From: Octopus vulgaris
Lineage: Eukaryota
Length of the DNA stretch: 64,000 nucleotides
Assembly (NCBI GenBank): GCA_951406725.2
Contig: OX597840.1
Location: forward strand, 26,784,001 to 26,848,000
Direction: 5' to 3'
Below are positions 18,340 through 32,690 of the stretch, in pieces. The notes under the pieces are model-generated. The model searched no databases and had not been told where the DNA came from. It saw nothing but the letters and a program-made list of their open reading frames with translations. The first letter of the stretch is position 1, and every line of letters begins with the position of its first letter. The translations under genes were made by a program, and so were the position numbers.

Positions 18340-19378
18340 TTCGTTGGCCGTCTTTTGTGGTTGTCTTTAGTTGAAGAAGGGCGTTTGATATTGTTGCCCT
18401 CTCTTGAGTTCCTTGTAACGATGAAGGCTCATCTGGGATCTCGGACAGCAGAAGGTCAAGATGCTTCTTGAAAGCATCAAAACCCATTCCATCTACATCT
18501 CTCAGGTTGTTACTCTTTTACTCTCTCTTTTAATTGTTTCAGTCATTTGACTGCGGCCATGCTGGAGCACCGCCTTTAGTCGAGCAAATCGACCCCGGGA
18601 CTTATTCTTTGTAAGCCCAGTACTTATTCTATCGGTTCTCTTTTGCCAAACCGCTAAGTGACGGGGACGTAAACACACCAGCATCGGTTGTCAAGCAATG
18701 CAAGGGGGACAAACACAGACACACAAACACAAACACATATGCACACACATATATATATATACATATATACGACAGGCTTCTTTCAGTTTCCATCTACCAA
18801 ATCCCCTCACAAGGCATTGGTAGGCCCGGGGCTATAGCAGAAGACACTTGCCCAAGATGCCACGCAGTGGGACTGAACCCGGAACCATGTGGTTGGTTAG
18901 CAAGCTACTTACCACAAAGCCACTCCTGTTGATTTTTTTTCACCTTGACAAGACATTAAATATCTGTTGCAGGACCTGATCCTCATTCTAACTGGGATTG
19001 AAGTCCTGTTCGTGGAACTAATATAACACACGATGCCAAAGATTTGTGCCAGCTCCTCTAGGTTCTTCTCTTCGTTGATCCAGTCGTAATTCTTCCAATC
19101 TCTCCCAGTAGCTCAACTGTTTCATTGATCCAATGTTCTTGCTGTTGCACCGCTGAAGTGCTTCATGTTCCACCACTAAACTGGCGTTGTTGGGTGACCA
19201 TAGTTGAGAGCAGCAGTCCGAGTGACTGAGGACTAATGTTCTCCATCGGAACAGGATAGATTTCTGGTACCTTGTTCTGAAACTTCTCAGAATCTATCAA
19301 ACCATTCTCCTACACATTGCCACGTTCTTGGTAATATGCATATGAAACGATGCATCGTTCCTGATATCAATACCAGAT
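18340..19378 (-). mobile_element. CR1-clade LINE ORF2 C-terminal fragment, interrupted by a SINE
   Basis: Minus strand: LGIDIRNDASFHMHI..ILRSFRTR..WRTLVLSHSDCCSQLWSP..EALQR..LSYWERLEELRL, then after the SINE FKKHLDLLLSEIPDEP..RATISNALLQ. These are typical post-RT CR1 motifs. Confidence 0.85.
18509..18928 (-). mobile_element. SINE family A, full length, nested in the CR1 fragment
   Basis: A box and B box (GGTTCAGTCCC) head, CORE-like ..TTGGGCAAGTGTCTT.. segment, internal microsatellite and tail. Confidence 0.92.
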
Positions 19379-19420
19379 AATTGTGTGTGTGTTTATGTAG
19401 GTATATATAAATGTATAAAA

Positions 19421-19808
19421 GTGGAGGCGCAATGGCCCAGTGGTTAGGGCAGCGGACTAGCGGTCGTAGGATCGCGGTTTCGCTTCCCAGACCGGGCGTT
19501 GTGAGTGTTTATTGAGCGAAAACACCTAAAGCTCCACGAGGCTCCGGCAGGGGATGGTGGTGATCCCTGCTGTACTCTTTCACCACAACTTTCTCTCACT
19601 CTTACTTCCTGTTTGTGTTGTACCTGTATTTCAAAGGGGCCGGCCTTGTCACTCTCTGTGTCACGCTGAATATCCCCGAGAACTACGTTAAGGGTACACG
19701 TGTCTGTGGAGTGCTCAGCCACTTACACGTTAATTTCGCAAGCAGGCTGTTCCGTTGATTCGGATCAACCGGAACCCTCGTCGTCGTAACCGACGGAGTG
19801 CTTCCTTC
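19421..19808 (+). mobile_element. SINE family B (tRNA-derived), full length
   Basis: Head GGAGGCGCAATGGCCCAGTGGTTAGGGC..GGTTTCGCTTCCC. 12-bp TSD AAATGTATAAAA at 19409-20 and 19809-20. Confidence 0.93.
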
Positions 19809-19820
19809 AAATGTATAAAA

Positions 19821-20077
19821 TAAATGTGCCCTTTTAAAGCCTAGCCAGGCTCATGGGCCCGGTTTCCCGGTTTATATGGCGTATGTGTTCCCCATCTGGA
19901 TGGGATGCCATCGCATCGTTACTTCTTTTTGCCAGCTGAGTGGACTGAAGTGGACTGGAGCAACGTGAAATGAAGTGTTTTGCTCAAGAACACAACGTGT
20001 CGCCTGGTCCAGGAATCGAAACCACAATCTTACGATCATAATGCTGACGCCCTAACCACTAAGCCACGTGCCTCCAC
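19821..20077 (-). mobile_element. SINE family D (tRNA head, Meta-domain-like body)
   Basis: Minus strand: GTGGAGGCACGTGGCTTAGTGGTTAGG..GGTTTCGATTCC..TGTGTTCTTGAGCAA..GCATCCCATCCAG..AAACCGGGAAACCGGGCCC. The MetaSINE resemblance is from recollection of the consensus. Confidence 0.8.
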
Positions 20078-20134
<57 letters not shown>

Positions 20135-20390
20135 GATACATACATATATATATATACACATATGTATATATATACACACATATATATATATACATATATA
20201 CATACATATATATTATATATATATTATATATTTATATATAAAGGTGTGTGTATACATATTAACATGAATACATATGCATGCATGTGTGCAAACATCTATA
20301 TACACAAACTCGGACACACAGGCACACACGCACACACACGCACACATACACACAGCTATATATATATATGTATTTATGTATATATATATG

Positions 20391-20445
<55 letters not shown>

Positions 20446-20590
20446 ATGTATATATTTGCGCACATGTATGTGCGTGTAAGTATATACACACATACATCTA
20501 TATATGTATGTATGTATATATAAATATATACATACATTTATACATATATATGTAATATATAATATGCAATATGTACATATATAAATGTGT

Positions 20591-20622
<32 letters not shown>

Positions 20623-21353
20623 TCGACACAAACACACACACACACACTACCATAATGCCTATAGCTACACCCGTACCATGGTTTCTTGCAATGACGATGA
20701 TGGCTGACTGTCGAGGCTAGCGACGATGATAAGACAGAAGGGACGTGTAAGAATTCGTCCCGAGGCCGTGTCTGTGCTCGCGCGCGCGTGTGTGTGTGTG
20801 TGTATATTTGTGTGTGTATGTGTGTGCGTGTGCGAGTTTTAGATCGGTGTCCGTTGATCTATAATAGTTCAATGCCTAAGTGTTAGACTGCGAATGATGT
20901 TAATGGAGATAACCGGTAGGTGTCGTTAGTGTTGCTTATCTGATAGACCGGGACACAAGCAACAACAACAACAACAACAATAACCACATCATCATCATCA
21001 TCATCATCATCGACAACAACAGCAGCAGCATCTCCGCTAACATTAATGGCGACGCTATAACAATATAAGCGGGAAATATCGCCACAGCAGAAACAGGGAA
21101 ACAAAAACAAAAATAAAACAACGCCACGGTTAGGACGACGAACGTCGACAACTGTAATAGTGTTTTCTTTTATTTCTAACACGAAGACGAACGTCAACAA
21201 TAATAACACTATTAGCACGAAAATAAACATGGCCGCCATCACCATCACCATCACCACTAACAACAATAACAACAACAACAACGGTATTATAACAAAGAAG
21301 GTCAAACAATATTTCGATTAGTACGAAAATGGAAGCGTGGGTTTTTTTTTTTA

Positions 21354-21570
21354 TGGTAAGAAGTTTGCTTCGTAACCACACGGTTCCGGGTTCAGTCCCA
21401 CTGCGTGGCACCTAGAGTATGGTGTCTTCTGCTGTAGTCTCAGGCCGACCAAAACCTTGTAGACGGAAACTGAAAGAAGCAAGATATGTGTGTGTGTGTG
21501 TGTGAGAGAAAGAGAGAGAGAGAGAGAGAAAGAAAGAGAGAGAGAAAGAAAGAGAGAGAGAATAGAGAGA

Positions 21571-21613
<43 letters not shown>

Positions 21614-21795
21614 CATCGCTTGACATCGATGGTGGTGTGTTCACGTCCCCGTAACTTAGCGGTTCGGCAAAGAGACCGATAGAATAAGTACTAGGCTTAC
21701 AAAGAATAAGTCCTGCGGTCTATTTGCTCGACTAAAGGCGGTGCTCCAGTATGGCCGCAGCCAAAATGACTGAAACGAATAAAAGAATAAAAGAA
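21354..21795 (+). mobile_element. SINE family A with internal deletions and expanded microsatellite
   Basis: B box GGTTCAGTCCC and family A tail. Confidence 0.88.
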
Positions 21796-21869
21796 AAGAA
21801 AAAGGAATAGCAATGTTCGGTAACATGGTTAGCAGGGAAAGGAACGTCGACAATTGCAATGACGGTTTC

Positions 21870-23065
21870 AAATTGAGGCACAGTCCTCAGTCAATTTTGA
21901 GGGAGGTGGGGTGGGGCGGGCTAGTCGATTACATCGATCTCAGTACGAAAGCATGAAAGGCGAAGTCGACCTCGGCGGAATTTGAACTCAGAACATAAAG
22001 ACGGACGAAATACCGCTCATCATTTTGTCCGGCGTGTTAACGGTTCTGCCAGCTCACCGCGTTCATGTCCAGTTAAATCCTTTCTACTATAGGTACAAGG
22101 CTTGGAATTTTTTTGGGGAAGGGGGTCTTGTCGATTACAACGACCCCCAGTACTCATCTGGTACTTATTGTTATCTACTCCGAAAAGCAAAGTCGACCTT
22201 GGCGGAATTTGAACTCAGCGCGTAAAGGCGGACGAAATACTGCGAAGCATTTTGTCCGGCGTGCTAAAAATTCTGCCAACTCATCGACTTAGCAAAGCCT
22301 GAAATTTGTGGGGAGGGGCCGAGGCAATTATATCGACCCCAGTGCGCAAGTTAGCACGCCGGGCGAAATGCGTAGCCATATTTCGTCCGCCGTTACGTTC
22401 TGGGTTCAAATTCCGCCGTGGTCGACTTTGCCTTTCATCCTTTCGGGGTCGATAAATTAAGTACTAGTTACGCACTGGGGTCGATGTAATCGACTTAATC
22501 CGTTTGTCCCCTCTGCGTTTAGCCCCTTGTGGGTAGTAAAGAAATATATTTCGTCTGACGTTACGTTCTGAGTTCAAATTCCGCCGAGGTCGACTTTGCC
22601 TTTCATCCTTTCGAGGTCGATTAAATAAGTACCAGTTACGCACTGGGGTCGATATAATCGACTTAATCCGTTTATCTGTCCTTGTTTGTCCTCTCTGTGT
22701 TCAGCCCCTTGTGGGTAGTAAAGAAATAGGTACTTATTTTATCAACTCCGAAATTATGAAAGGCAAAGTCCACCTGGACGGCGTTTGAACTCAGAACGTA
22801 AAGACGGACGTAATGTAGCTAAGCACTTTGCCCAGCGCGCTAACGATTCTGCCAGCACGCCGCCTTTAATAATCTTCTTTTCTCTAGGCGCAAAACCTGA
22901 ACTTTTGGTAGAGGTGTTAGTCGATTGCATTAACCCCATTGTGTGACTGGTACTTATATCGACTCTGAAAGGATGAAGGGCAAAATCGAACTCGGCAGAA
23001 TTTGAACCCAAAACTTAAAGACGAATGAAATGCCGCTAAGCATTTTATCCGGCCTGCTAACGATA
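21870..23065. mobile_element. Nest of about 6-7 SINE family C copies or monomers in both orientations
   Basis: Minus copies at about 21870-22060, 22078-22290, 22295-22350 plus 22728-22863, and 22875-23065. A plus-strand dimer lies at 22351-22730. Confidence 0.85.
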
Positions 23066-23086
23066 CCAAAACAACGACAATAACAA

Positions 23087-23201
23087 CTGATGATGATGAT
23101 GATGATGATGAATATCATCATCATCCTCGTCGTCGTCGTCGTTGTCATCGTCGTCGTCATCATCATCATCGTCATCATCATCGTCATCATCATCGTCATC
23201 G

Positions 23202-23239
<38 letters not shown>

Positions 23240-23500
23240 GTCATCATCATCATCGTCATCATCATCGTGATCGTCATCATCATTGTCATCGTCATCGTGA
23301 TCGTCATCATCATCGTCATCGTCATCATTGTCGTCGTCATCATCATCGTCATCATCATCATCATCATAATCATCATCGTCATCGTCATCATCATCATCAT
23401 CATCATCATCGTCATCATCAATCATCGTCATCATCGTCGTCGTCATCATCGTCGTTATCATCGTCATCATCTTCGTCAACATCATCATCATCATCATCAT
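23087..23500. repeat. (GAT)/(CAT/CGT)n microsatellite
   Basis: Direct inspection. Confidence 0.95.
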
Positions 23501-23689
23501 AGTCTCTCGTGGTCCGACAAAGACGGTTCTGTAATTTCTTGGCAAAGAAACCGAACAAACGATTCGTTTATAGTGATCAAACGCATGTGGTGCACATTAA
23601 CTCTCACTCACTCCTACCATCAAATCGACGTTACCTGAACAGGTGTATACTGTACCTACCACGCATCAGGTGTGGAAGACATCGAAGAA

Positions 23690-23810
23690 AAAAACGAGAG
23701 GTGAAGACTATTTGCTTTGAAGTGTACAACGCACCACCGAGTCCACGAATTGAAACCGCGATCGCAAGATTCAGAAAGCAACACCCCAACCATTAGACCA
23801 TGCGCCCTCA
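23690..23810 (-). mobile_element. Old SINE family D-like head fragment
   Basis: Diverged match to 19955-20077. Confidence 0.55.
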
Positions 23811-24387
23811 CAATAATAACAAATAATTTTATGATAAATATCGTCTTTTATTCTGATTCAAATATCTAAGCTTGGAGCTGGGGGGGGGAGAATAGACGGG
23901 AGAGGAGAAGAGAGAATGAGAGATAGAGAGTGGAAGGAATTATATTCCTACCCCCCAGTCCCCCGTCCCATCGCCGCCATATTAGCCGTACACTGTCATC
24001 TTAACCCTTTCGCCTTACCTTAGGGTCTGGAAGTGTGAGGTGGGGCACGATCCCGTGTCGTCTTCTTCACTCGAATAGGTTTTGTGTAGAAACAAATGAA
24101 GTGATTGCTAGAGAGGCAATAGCAACGATAGGGATTGGATGGGGTAGGTCATGTGACGTGTGACATGTGACTTGTGACATGTGACGTTGGACCTGTGAGG
24201 TTTTCTGGTTGAACGGAGGATGGAGGTGGAGGGAAAGAGGAGGTGGGGGAATAGGATACGTTTAGAGAGACAGAGAGAAAGAAAGAGAGAGAGAGAGAGA
24301 GACAAAGAGAAATAGATAGATAGACAGATAGATAGATAGAGAGAGAGAGAGAAAGAAAGAGAGAATAATAGATTGAGAGGGACATCG

Positions 24388-24440
<53 letters not shown>

Positions 24441-24758
24441 TATACATACATACATACATACATACATACATACATAGACAGACAGACTGAGTGACAAACA
24501 GAGAGAGAAAGAGACATAATACATACATACAGACATACATACATGCATACGTACGTACGTACATACGTACGTACATACAAACATACATACATACACTCAT
24601 ACATACGTACATACACACATACATACATACATAAATACATACGTACGTGTGTGTGTCTGTGTATACAGGGTGGGTACATATATATATGAACTGGTTCCAA
24701 ATGTAGGATCTGAAAGTTTGGTTGATATATTTATTAGTAAATAAATATTATTTGTTTA

Positions 24759-25110
24759 GGCTTGCTTCCCAACCACATGGTTCCGGGTTCAGTCCCATTG
24801 CGTCGCACCTTAAGCAAATATCTTCTACTATAGCCTCGAGCTGACTAAAGCCTTGTGAATGGATTTGGCAGACGGAAACTGAAAGAAATCCATCGTATAT
24901 GTGTGTGTGTTTGTGCTCGTCCGTTTTCGTCCCCCGCCACCGTTTGACGAGTGTAGGTGTAATTACGTCGCTGCAACCTAGCGGTTCGGCATAATAAGGC
25001 TTTTAAAACAAATAAGTACTGGGACCGATTCATTCGACTAAAAGCTTTTGAAGGCGGTGCTGCAGCATGGCCGCAGTCAAATGATTGAAACAAGTAAAAG
25101 GTAAAAAGTA
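24759..25110 (+). mobile_element. SINE family A, diverged
   Basis: B box, CORE-like segment and tail are recognisable. Confidence 0.85.
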
Positions 25111-25721
25111 ACTGAATGTAAACGAAACTCTTGACCAACGTGCGGGTCTTGATATTAAGTACTGAGAGAAGTCAATGAACAGATGTGAAAATGCTATTCA
25201 TCCTACAGCGATCTCTATCGTACATTTTGAGGTATATAGAGGTATGCAAATGCAGATCTCATACAGCGACATCTATCGTACAGTCTTCACTAGCAGTTTT
25301 CAATCTTCTACCAACCAGCTTTGATGAGTAGAGGATATTATCATGCAGAGACAACATGCCTGAGAATCATAAGCTAGTATATATACGCACTCGTATATAT
25401 AGCTTGTCAATAGCGTGGGTAGATTGGTCAACGTATGGACAATTATAGATCCATTTCATCCGACCTTATCAATCAGTTTTGTACCTGGTATTAGATAACT
25501 GGATATTAGCTAACAGAACGATGAAGTAACACCACGCGCTCTTCAGAGTATGTGGTAGTAGAAAGCGGTTGGTAATATCGGTTGAAAGAGACCTATAATA
25601 CTGTATATTTTGGTTAATTCACACACACACACACACACACACGTATACATGTAAGATAGACAGATAGATAGATAGATAGATAGATGGATGGATGGATGGA
25701 TGGATGGATGGATGGATGGAT

Positions 25722-25798
<77 letters not shown>

Positions 25799-25878
25799 CC
25801 CTTATAATTGCGGGCTAAATTAATTATATAAGATGGAGGTATTTCTGTTTGAAATTTGATAAATTGTTCTGTAGATTA

Positions 25879-25892
25879 GCGCCATCTGGTAG
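25879..25892 (-). promoter_or_regulatory. Candidate CTCF site
   Basis: Minus strand CTACCAGATGGCGC versus the CTCF core CCACCAGATGGCGC, in a unique island between microsatellites. Confidence 0.45.
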
Positions 25893-26059
25893 CAGATTGA
25901 AGAAATGATGGGGGCGATACGATGACAGAAAGTAACGGCTTTTGTGTTAATATAGGAGGGTGGAGCTTTTGACGGGTGTGAGGGACGAGGATCCGTAAAG
26001 CCGGGATACATCGCTGCTAGGTAGGTAGATGGATAGATAGGCGTATATATATATATATG

Positions 26060-26117
<58 letters not shown>

Positions 26118-26262
26118 TATATTTATTTATATATTTAGACACACGCTATTACATTGACAGAATGACAGGTATATCATGTATACACACATACACACACATA
26201 TACATACATGTGTATATAATAATATACAAGTATTGAAAAATAGATAGATTGATAGATGGGCG

Positions 26263-26416
<154 letters not shown>

Positions 26417-26919
26417 TGTGTGTGTAGTATGTGTTGTGGATGAATATGTGTCCGTGTATACATACGTGTGTATGTATGTATGTATATGTGTATGTATGTG
26501 TGTGTGCGTATATATCCAAGTATGTATGTATGTATGTATGTATGTATGTATATATGCATTTAGGTAGGTAGATTGATAGATAAGCAGGTAGGTAGATAGG
26601 TGACTAAGGCAATAAATTTTGGAGACGGTAAGGTAGCCGTTAATATTTTGGACAGGAGAGTGTGGAGATAGTGGGGTGGGGGTGGGACTTAGTGACGGGG
26701 GTTTGGTTGCTTGTGGTGGTGGTGGTGGTGGTGGTGCGTACGTTGATAATGGTGATGGTGATGGTTGAGGTGGTAGTGTTGATGTTGATGGTGGTGGTGG
26801 TGGTGGTGGTGGTGGTGGTGGTGGTGGTGGTGGTTGGTGTTGGAGGCGGTGCTGAGTAGATGACAATTAGAAGTTCAAAATCACAATTAAATTAAGTGAA
26901 TCTGGCATCTGCAACTGCC

Positions 26920-26956
<37 letters not shown>

Positions 26957-27031
26957 CCTCACCTCCTCCTCCCCTACTCCTACTCCTCCTCCTCCCCCTA
27001 CTACTATTACTACTACTAGCTAATAATAATA

Positions 27032-27428
27032 ATCCTTTCTACTATAAGCACAAGGTCTGAAATTTGTGGGGAGGGAACTAGCGAATTAGATCGACCCCAG
27101 TGCGTAACTGGTACTTATTTAATCGACCCCGAAAGGATAAAAGACAAAGTGGACCCCGACGGAATTTGAACTCAGAACGTAGCGGCAGACGAAATACCTA
27201 TTTCTTTACTACCCACAAGGGGCTAAATACAGAGAGGACAAACAAGGACAGACAGATGGATTAAGTCGATTATATCGACCCCAGTGCGTAACTGGTACTT
27301 ATTTAATCGACCCCCGAAAGGTTGAAAGGCAAAGTGGACCTCTGCGGAATTTGAACTCAGAACGTAGCGGCAGACGAAATACTGTTAAGCATTTCGACCG
27401 GCGTGCTAACGATTCTGCCAGCTCGCCA
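27032..27428 (-). mobile_element. SINE family C dimer (two monomers, two different tails)
   Basis: Head GGCGAGCTGGCAGAATCG, B box GAGTTCAAATTC, tail 1, then a second monomer with tail 2 (CCTTGTGCTTATAGTAGAAAGGAT). Confidence 0.88.
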
Positions 27429-27619
27429 ATAATGATAAGGGCGAAGGATGAGGGGCACAATACAGAGACAAACATAAGGTGTGGGGTTTTACATATAATA
27501 ATGAAATGATAAAAAAAAAAGTATAGAGGGTACACACTGGAAAATAAGGGACATACGCATAGCATACAGAGGTAAAAAATAGGATAGAGGATGATAGAGA
27601 TGTGGCCCTCCTGATACAG

Positions 27620-27982
27620 GAACGAAGGTTCGAGTTGATCCGATCAACAAAGGGACTGCTCGTGAAATTAACGTGCAAGTGGCTGAGCGCTCCACAGACA
27701 CGTGCACCCTTAACGTAGTTCTCGGTGGAGATTCAGCGTGACACAGAGTGTGACAAAGATGGCTCCTTTGAAATACAGGTACAACAGAAACAGGAAGTAA
27801 GAGTGAGAGAAAGTTGTGGTGAATGAATACAGAAAAGTTCGCCACCACCCCCTACCGGAGCCTCGTGCAGCTTTTAGGTGTTTTCGCTCAATAAACACTC
27901 ACAACGCCTGATCTGGGAATCGAAACCGCGATCCTACGACCACGAGTCCGCTGCCCTAACCACTGGGCCATTGCGCCTCCAC
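27620..27982 (-). mobile_element. SINE family B
   Basis: Reverse complement of 19421-19800. Confidence 0.9.
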
Positions 27983-28022
27983 AGTACTATTTCTACAACT
28001 ACTACCTATGCTGTTTCTGCTG

Positions 28023-28794
<772 letters not shown>

Positions 28795-28858
28795 CTTTTA
28801 ATACTACGACATTTACTACCGCTATTATCACTACTACTTGTACTACAATTGCTATTAT

Positions 28859-28942
<84 letters not shown>

Positions 28943-28973
28943 AACAACTACTACTACTACTACTACTACCACA

Positions 28974-29055
<82 letters not shown>

Positions 29056-29106
29056 TTAATACTACGACATTTACTACCACTACTACTTGTACTACAATTG
29101 CTATTA

Positions 29107-29155
<49 letters not shown>

Positions 29156-29449
29156 AATTGCTGCTGCTACTACTACTACTACTACGACGACGACGGCTAG
29201 TACTGCTGATGCTACATATTAAGGAACAGACAAGGATCCCTAGTAAGATCGATGGGTTTCGTGAAACAAAACAAAAAAATGGGGAAAACTTATGTTTAGG
29301 GAAGTGTGTGACAGTTGTAACATATTGACACAGTTGAGTGAGTGGAGCCTAGCAATGATCCAGGGGTCCAGCGATCAATCCTGCCTCTACCCTCATCACC
29401 ATGTCCGTGTGTCCTATCACATTTCCATCTGTTATAAAAATACGCACAC

Positions 29450-29544
29450 ATACACTCACACATACTCAAACACACACATATAAACTTGCACGCAAACACA
29501 CTCACACACACACACACACACTCACACACACACACACTCACACA

Positions 29545-29577
<33 letters not shown>

Positions 29578-29672
29578 TCACACACACACACACTCACACA
29601 CACATACTCACTCACACACACACAGACACTCACACACACACACTCACACACACACACACACACACACAGACA

Positions 29673-29721
<49 letters not shown>

Positions 29722-30000
29722 ACACACACTCACACACACAGACACTCACACACACACACTCACACTCACACACACAGACACTCACACACACACACACTCA
29801 CACACACACTCACACACACACACTCACACACACACTCACACACACACACTCACACACACATACTCACTCACACACACACACTCACACCCACAGACACTCA
29901 CACACACACACTCTCACACACAGACGCTCACACATACACAGACACTCACACACACAAACTCACACACACACTCACACACACACAAACACACACAAATATA
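29450..30000. repeat. Imperfect (CA)n microsatellite
   Basis: Direct inspection. Confidence 0.95.
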
Positions 30001-30076
30001 TACACTCAAGTACACTCATCTATCCTTAAACGCATATACACATGCTTATATATACACGTGCATAGAAACAACATAT

Positions 30077-30280
30077 CTCTTTTACTCTCTTTTACTTGTT
30101 TCAGTCATTTGACTGCGGCCATGCTGGAGCAAATCGACCCCGGGACTTATTCTTTGTAAGCCCAGTACTTATTCTATCGTTCCCTTTTTCCGAACCGCCA
30201 AGTGACGGGGAGGCAAACACACCAGCACCGGTTGTCAAACAATGCTAGGAGGACAAACACAGACACACAAACACACACAT
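30077..30280 (-). mobile_element. SINE family A, 3' half
   Basis: Family A tail with a small deletion. Confidence 0.88.
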
Positions 30281-30640
30281 ATGTTTACTTACATACATTC
30301 ATACATACATATATACATACATACATTCATACATACATACATACATACATACATACATACATACATACATACATACCTACACACATGCATTCATACATAC
30401 ATACATGCATACATACATACATACATATATACATAAACACATACGTCCGTACGTACAAGTCCCTATTCATCTTACATACATAAATACATGCAGATATGTG
30501 TGTGCATATGCCTACATATATATCGTACCTACGAATGTACGCATGTATGATTGTACAACCATACACATGTATTTGCATGTATGCATAAATGCATGTGCAC
30601 ATACATGCAGATATGTATATGTCTACACACACACAAACAC

Positions 30641-30674
<34 letters not shown>

Positions 30675-30680
30675 TATATA

Positions 30681-31083
30681 GGCGCAAGAGTGGCTGTGTG
30701 GTAAGTAGCTTGCTTCCCAACCACATGGTTCCAGGTTCAGTCCCACTGCGTGGCACCTTGGGCAAGTGTCTTCTACTATAACCTCGGACCGACCAAAGCC
30801 CTGTGAGTGGATTTGGTAGACGGAAACTGAAAGAAGCCCGTCGTATATATGTATATATATGTGTGTGTGTGTGTTTGTGTGTCTGTGTTTGTCCCCCCAA
30901 CATCGCTTGACAACCGATGCTGGTGTGTTTTCGTCCCCGTAACTTAGCGGTTCGGCAAAAGAGACCGATAGAATAAGTACTAGGCTTACAAAGAATAAGT
31001 CCTGGGGGTCGATTTCCTCGACTAAAGGCGGTGCTCCAGCATGGCCGCAGTCAAATGACTGAAACAAGTAAAAGAGTAAAAAA
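30681..31083 (+). mobile_element. SINE family A (tRNA-derived, CORE-like), full length
   Basis: A box TGGCTGTGTGG, B box GGTTCAGTCCC, GCACCTTGGGCAAGTG CORE-like motif, internal (TA)(TG) tract, tail ending in AAAGAGT repeats. Confidence 0.93.
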
Positions 31084-31124
31084 GTATATGTATACAGACA
31101 CACACATACAAACGTGCATTGATA

Positions 31125-31186
<62 letters not shown>

Positions 31187-31489
31187 GACACGTTTGTATG
31201 TGTGTGTCTGTATACATATAAATAAATGAAAGAATGGAGTCAAACGTTCATTGAGGGAGTGTTCGAAGGCTTGGGAAAGAGTTTCGTTATAGAGGTGGGG
31301 TGGACGTTCGACTCCATTCTTTCATTTATTCATATACAACACACAAATTTCTGCACATGAACCCGGAGTTTCTACCCTTGGACAGGTCGCTTCAACCGTG
31401 TTTCTGACGTGAATTTGCTACCCAGGTTTCGGTTAAACGAATTTTCCATGCTGACGATAAACATAGGATAATTCATTCACCAATCTATA

Positions 31490-31591
<102 letters not shown>

Positions 31592-31841
31592 TATACATAT
31601 ATACATATATAAATTTCTGTATCTATGTACGTATGATTACATACAAGAAGGTAGGTAGATAGGTAGGTAGGTTGGTAGGTAGGTAGGTAGGTAGGTAGGT
31701 AGGTAGGTAGGTAGGTAAATTAGAAAGTATGTGTATATCTATGTATGAACAAATGCCTGTCAGAATGTACATTTGTATGTATGCATGTATATAAGTATGC
31801 ATGCTTGCATGTATATATATATATATATATATATGCATGCT

Positions 31842-31888
<47 letters not shown>

Positions 31889-31936
31889 ATATACACTTCT
31901 CTGTGGTAAATAAGTGAGACAGACAGACAATCAGAC

Positions 31937-31967
<31 letters not shown>

Positions 31968-32079
31968 TGGAGAGAAAGCCCCTAACTGCGTCTCAATTCA
32001 GCAATTCCCTGATTTAATCATTCCCTCCGCCATACCGATATACCATCGTCTTTCACAGCCCAAATAGATTAACTGCAAA

Positions 32080-32201
32080 TAACAATAATAATAATGATAA
32101 TGATAATAATAATAATGATAACAATGATATTGATAATGATGATGATGATGATGATGATGATAATAATAATAATAAATATAATAATAATAGTAATAATAGT
32201 A

Positions 32202-32241
<40 letters not shown>

Positions 32242-32243
32242 TG

Positions 32244-32276
<33 letters not shown>

Positions 32277-32313
32277 GTAGTAGTAATAATAATAATAAAT
32301 ATAATAATAATAA

Positions 32314-32366
<53 letters not shown>

Positions 32367-32506
32367 CTGATGATGATGATAATAATAATAATAATAATAA
32401 TAATAGTAGTAGTAATAATAATAATAAATATAATAATAATAAATATAATAATAATAATAGTAATAATAATAATGGTAATAGTAATAATAATAATGATAAT
32501 GATAAC

Positions 32507-32561
<55 letters not shown>

Positions 32562-32579
32562 GTAATAGTAATAATAATA

Positions 32580-32666
<87 letters not shown>

Positions 32667-32690
32667 GTAATAGTAATTAAATAAATAAAT
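32080..32690. repeat. (AAT)n compound microsatellite
   Basis: Direct inspection. Confidence 0.95.

Noticed and set aside
19421-19495. tRNA-like sequences here and at 20000-20077, 27910-27982, 30681-30750 and 61343-61415
   Set aside because: These are SINE heads that continue into SINE bodies, some with TSDs. They are not tRNA genes.
21870-23065. Regularly recurring motifs resembling a CRISPR-like array
   Set aside because: They are diverged SINE monomers in mixed orientation with no constant repeat-spacer pattern, in eukaryotic DNA.
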